In this document: piece after piece, positions 62,327 to 64,000 of the stretch
How positions within the stretch are numbered: the first letter of the stretch is position 1
How the letters are laid out: every line of letters begins with the position of its first letter
From: Candidatus Falkowbacteria bacterium
GTDB taxonomy: Bacteria > Patescibacteriota > Patescibacteriia > Patescibacteriales > UBA12465
Length of the DNA: 64,000 nucleotides
Direction: 5' to 3'
Assembly (NCBI GenBank): GCA_037134915.1
Contig: JBAXLJ010000002.1
Span: 64,935 to 128,934 of the forward strand
Program-made: the position numbers and the translations under genes
Notes under the pieces: model-generated
Told to the model about the DNA's origin: nothing
The model's input: only the letters and a program-made list of their open reading frames with translations
The model's database searches: none

Positions 62327-62791
62327 ATGCCCGAGAAAAAAACCGTAAAAGAAAAGGAAATCAAGCCGGAAGTTGAAAAGACTGAAAGCGTTGAATTTAC
62401 CGGTAAATATATTAAAGCCATTGGTCGTCGTAAGACTTCAGTTGCTCAAGTTCGTCTTTATGAAGAAGGCGGCAAAGGCGCTGTTATTGCTAACGGCGTT
62501 AAGCTTAATAAATACATCAATAATGATTTGGCGGCGGTGGCGATGCAGGCCATGAAAGCTACTGGCCATACCCGCGATATTAATGTTTCCATTATTGTTA
62601 AAGGTGGTGGAACTATTGGTCAAGTTGAGGCGATGCGTCACGGAATTGCTCGCGCGATTTTGATTATGGACCCAGCGACTCGCGAAGCCTTAAAAGTTAA
62701 TGGCTTCTTGACTCGTGATCCACGTGCCAAAGAAAGAAAAAAGCCAGGTTTAAAGGGCGCCAGAAAGGCTCCTCAATGGTCCAAGCGTTAA
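62327..62791 (+). CDS. rpsI: 30S ribosomal protein S9 (with a K/E-rich N-terminal extension of about 24 aa)
   Basis: GRRKTSVAQVRL, GGGTIGQVEAMRHGIARA, LTRDPRAKERKKPGLKGARKAPQWSKR. Confidence 0.95.
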   Translation: MPEKKTVKEKEIKPEVEKTESVEFTGKYIKAIGRRKTSVAQVRLYEEGGKGAVIANGVKLNKYINNDLAAVAMQAMKATGHTRDINVSIIVKGGGTIGQVEAMRHGIARAILIMDPATREALKVNGFLTRDPRAKERKKPGLKGARKAPQWSKR

Positions 62792-62818
62792 TCTTTACCT
62801 CATTTCAAATATTTCAAG

Positions 62819-62846
62819 AAAGTCCCGTTATTGGGACTTTTTTGTT
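62819..62846 (+). terminator. rho-independent terminator after rpsI
   Basis: aaagtccc / gggacttt stem, loop gttatt, then a T-run. It lies inside the track's TTG-started N-terminal extension of prfB. Confidence 0.8.
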
Positions 62847-62857
62847 TGCTTCAAGAA

Positions 62858-62866
62858 TGTTATAAT
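62858..62866 (+). promoter_or_regulatory. extended -10 promoter (TGtTATAAT) of prfB, near-leaderless
   Basis: 9 nt between the -10 box and the ATG at 62876. No clear -35, because the T-run of the terminator occupies that position. Confidence 0.5.
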
Positions 62867-62875
62867 AACCTTACT

Positions 62876-63982
62876 ATGAGTGATAAATCCAAAATAATTG
62901 AAGACTTAGCTATAAAACTCGCCGAACTTGAGACTATTTTAGATTTACCAGCTAAACGCTTAATGATTGATCATAATAAAGCTTTACAAGGGAAGCCTGA
63001 TTTTTGGAATGATCAAGAGAAGGCAGTGGAAGTTGGTCAGGAAACGGAGCGTTTAGTCGCCCAAGTTGCCCCCTTTGATAAGATGAACAAAGATTTAAAT
63101 GATACGGCCGACTTATTAGTGATGGCAGAGTCAGAAAAAGAAACGGAATTGCTAGTAGAGCTTGATAAAAAAATTGCCGAGCTGCAAGCTGAATTTAAAG
63201 GTTTAGAATTTTATTCTTTGCTGTCCGGTCCTTATGATAACGGTCCCGCCATTGTTTCCATCCATGCGGGTACCGGTGGCGTTGATGCTCAAGATTTTGC
63301 CCAGATGTTAGAACGGATGTATCTGCGCTTTTGTGAAACGAGTAATTTTAAAGTTGAAATTTTAGAACACACGATGGCTAATGAAGCGGGTATTAAAAGC
63401 ATGATGATGCGTATTTCTGGTCCCTTTGCTTATGGGTATCTGCAAAGTGAAAACGGAGTTCATCGTTTAGTTAGAATTTCTCCTTTTGATGGCGAATCAC
63501 TGCGTCAAACCTCTTTTGCGCTCGTTGAAGTGTTGCCGGAATTACCCGATAGTGCCGGCATTATTGTTCGTGACGAAGATTTACGGGTTGATGTTTTTCG
63601 CTCCAGCGGCCCCGGCGGTCAAAATGTTAATAAGACAGAATCAGCCATTAGAATCACTCATATCCCGTCCGGAATTGTGGTGGCTTGCCAAACAGAACGC
63701 TCTCAACATCAGAATCGAGAGATTGCCATGAAAATTTTATATGCGAAACTATATCAATTAGTTCTTGAAGAAAGGAGCGGTGAAGTTAAAAAGATTAAAG
63801 GAGCGGTACAAATGGCGGCTTGGGGTCGTCAGATTCGCTCTTATGTTTTACAGCCTTACCAAATGGTTAAAGATCATCGCACCGAATACGAAACGTCTAA
63901 TGTCAGCGCTGTCTTCGATGGTGATTTAAAGGCTTTTATGGAAGCTTATTTACGTTTGAAAAAAAGTCAGGAAAAAGTTTAA
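62876..63982 (+). CDS. prfB: peptide chain release factor 2 (single ORF, no programmed frameshift)
   Basis: SPF tripeptide (VRISPFD) and GGQ (SSGPGGQNVNKTESAIRITHIPSG). Start set at ATG 62876, downstream of the terminator and promoter. Confidence 0.93.
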   Translation: MSDKSKIIEDLAIKLAELETILDLPAKRLMIDHNKALQGKPDFWNDQEKAVEVGQETERLVAQVAPFDKMNKDLNDTADLLVMAESEKETELLVELDKKIAELQAEFKGLEFYSLLSGPYDNGPAIVSIHAGTGGVDAQDFAQMLERMYLRFCETSNFKVEILEHTMANEAGIKSMMMRISGPFAYGYLQSENGVHRLVRISPFDGESLRQTSFALVEVLPELPDSAGIIVRDEDLRVDVFRSSGPGGQNVNKTESAIRITHIPSGIVVACQTERSQHQNREIAMKILYAKLYQLVLEERSGEVKKIKGAVQMAAWGRQIRSYVLQPYQMVKDHRTEYETSNVSAVFDGDLKAFMEAYLRLKKSQEKV

Positions 63983-64000
63983 AAAAATTTCAGCTCTCTT

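Noticed and set aside
62831-62875. TTG-initiated N-terminal extension of prfB in the ORF track.
   Set aside because: The extension runs through the rpsI terminator hairpin/T-run and the TGtTATAAT box. RF2 homology begins at the ATG at 62876.
1-64000. Search for tRNA, rRNA, tmRNA, RNase P, CRISPR repeats, IS elements, integrases or prophage genes.
   Set aside because: No intergenic region exceeds 233 nt. None shows a T-loop (GTTCGAATC-like) or cloverleaf signature. I noticed no spaced direct repeats and no transposase, integrase or recombinase motifs. A computational scan (tRNAscan-SE, Infernal/Rfam, a CRISPR finder) would be needed to be certain.

Overview
Dense, AT-rich chromosomal segment that is almost entirely coding. 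Hand-counted 60-nt lines range from about 23% to 43% GC. I call about 70 CDS. I recognised no rRNA, tRNA, CRISPR array, transposase, integrase or phage gene. TGA is used as a stop (e.g. 5435-5437, 19465-19467, 28298-28300) and an unframeshifted RF2 is present, so the code is standard (table 11).

Several traits together suggest a small-genome Patescibacteria/CPR-like bacterium. This is inference, not proof. The traits are an archaeal-type ProRS, a type-2 IleRS, a short AlaRS, an RpoA without an alpha-CTD, trimmed or extended ribosomal proteins, no Shine-Dalgarno sequences, and many glycosyltransferases.

Layout:
- 1-9.3 kb: glycan-assembly cluster with 5 GTs, 3 methyltransferases, a priming phosphoglycosyltransferase and an unusual nucleotidyltransferase-GHMP kinase fusion.
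- 9.4-17.7 kb: housekeeping genes (holB, frr, rseP, hpf, secA) plus a BNR-propeller lipoprotein and a secreted tandem-repeat protein.
- 17.7-21.4 kb: low-GC nucleotide house-cleaning cluster with 3 Nudix hydrolases, PPase, RdgB, a methyltransferase and DUF1653.
- 21.5-30.4 kb: ileS, lemA-htpX, two orphan genes, U32, ruvA, proS.
- 30.4-41.1 kb: mreBCD running directly into sugar-activation genes, an orphan receiver domain, a second mreB, a GT, a secreted S8 protease fused to an FG-GAP propeller, and a UXS-like enzyme.
- 41.2-45.5 kb (minus strand): operon of a degenerate PilB/GspE-like ATPase, GT2, DUF2304, GT1 and GT1.
- 45.5-52.5 kb: partial dcw cluster (mraY-ftsW-murG-murC) plus an ABC exporter.
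- 52.6-54.1 kb: low-GC divergent orphan gene pair with a palindrome-rich control region.
- 54.2-64 kb: hisS, murB, alaS, the infA-rpmJ-rpsM-rpsK-rpsD-rpoA-rplQ-rplM-rpsI block and prfB.

Best candidates for something undescribed:
- the pseudo-ATPase-led glycosylation operon (41.1-45.5 kb);
- the cytidylyltransferase-GHMP kinase fusion (6924-8009);
- the orphan divergent pair and its CTAG-palindrome regulatory region (52.6-54.1 kb);
- the receiver-mreB2 pairing (35.2-36.8 kb).

A recurring promoter architecture places -10 boxes 6-9 nt upstream of start codons, which would give leaderless mRNAs.

All domain calls come from by-eye motif recognition. No database search was run.
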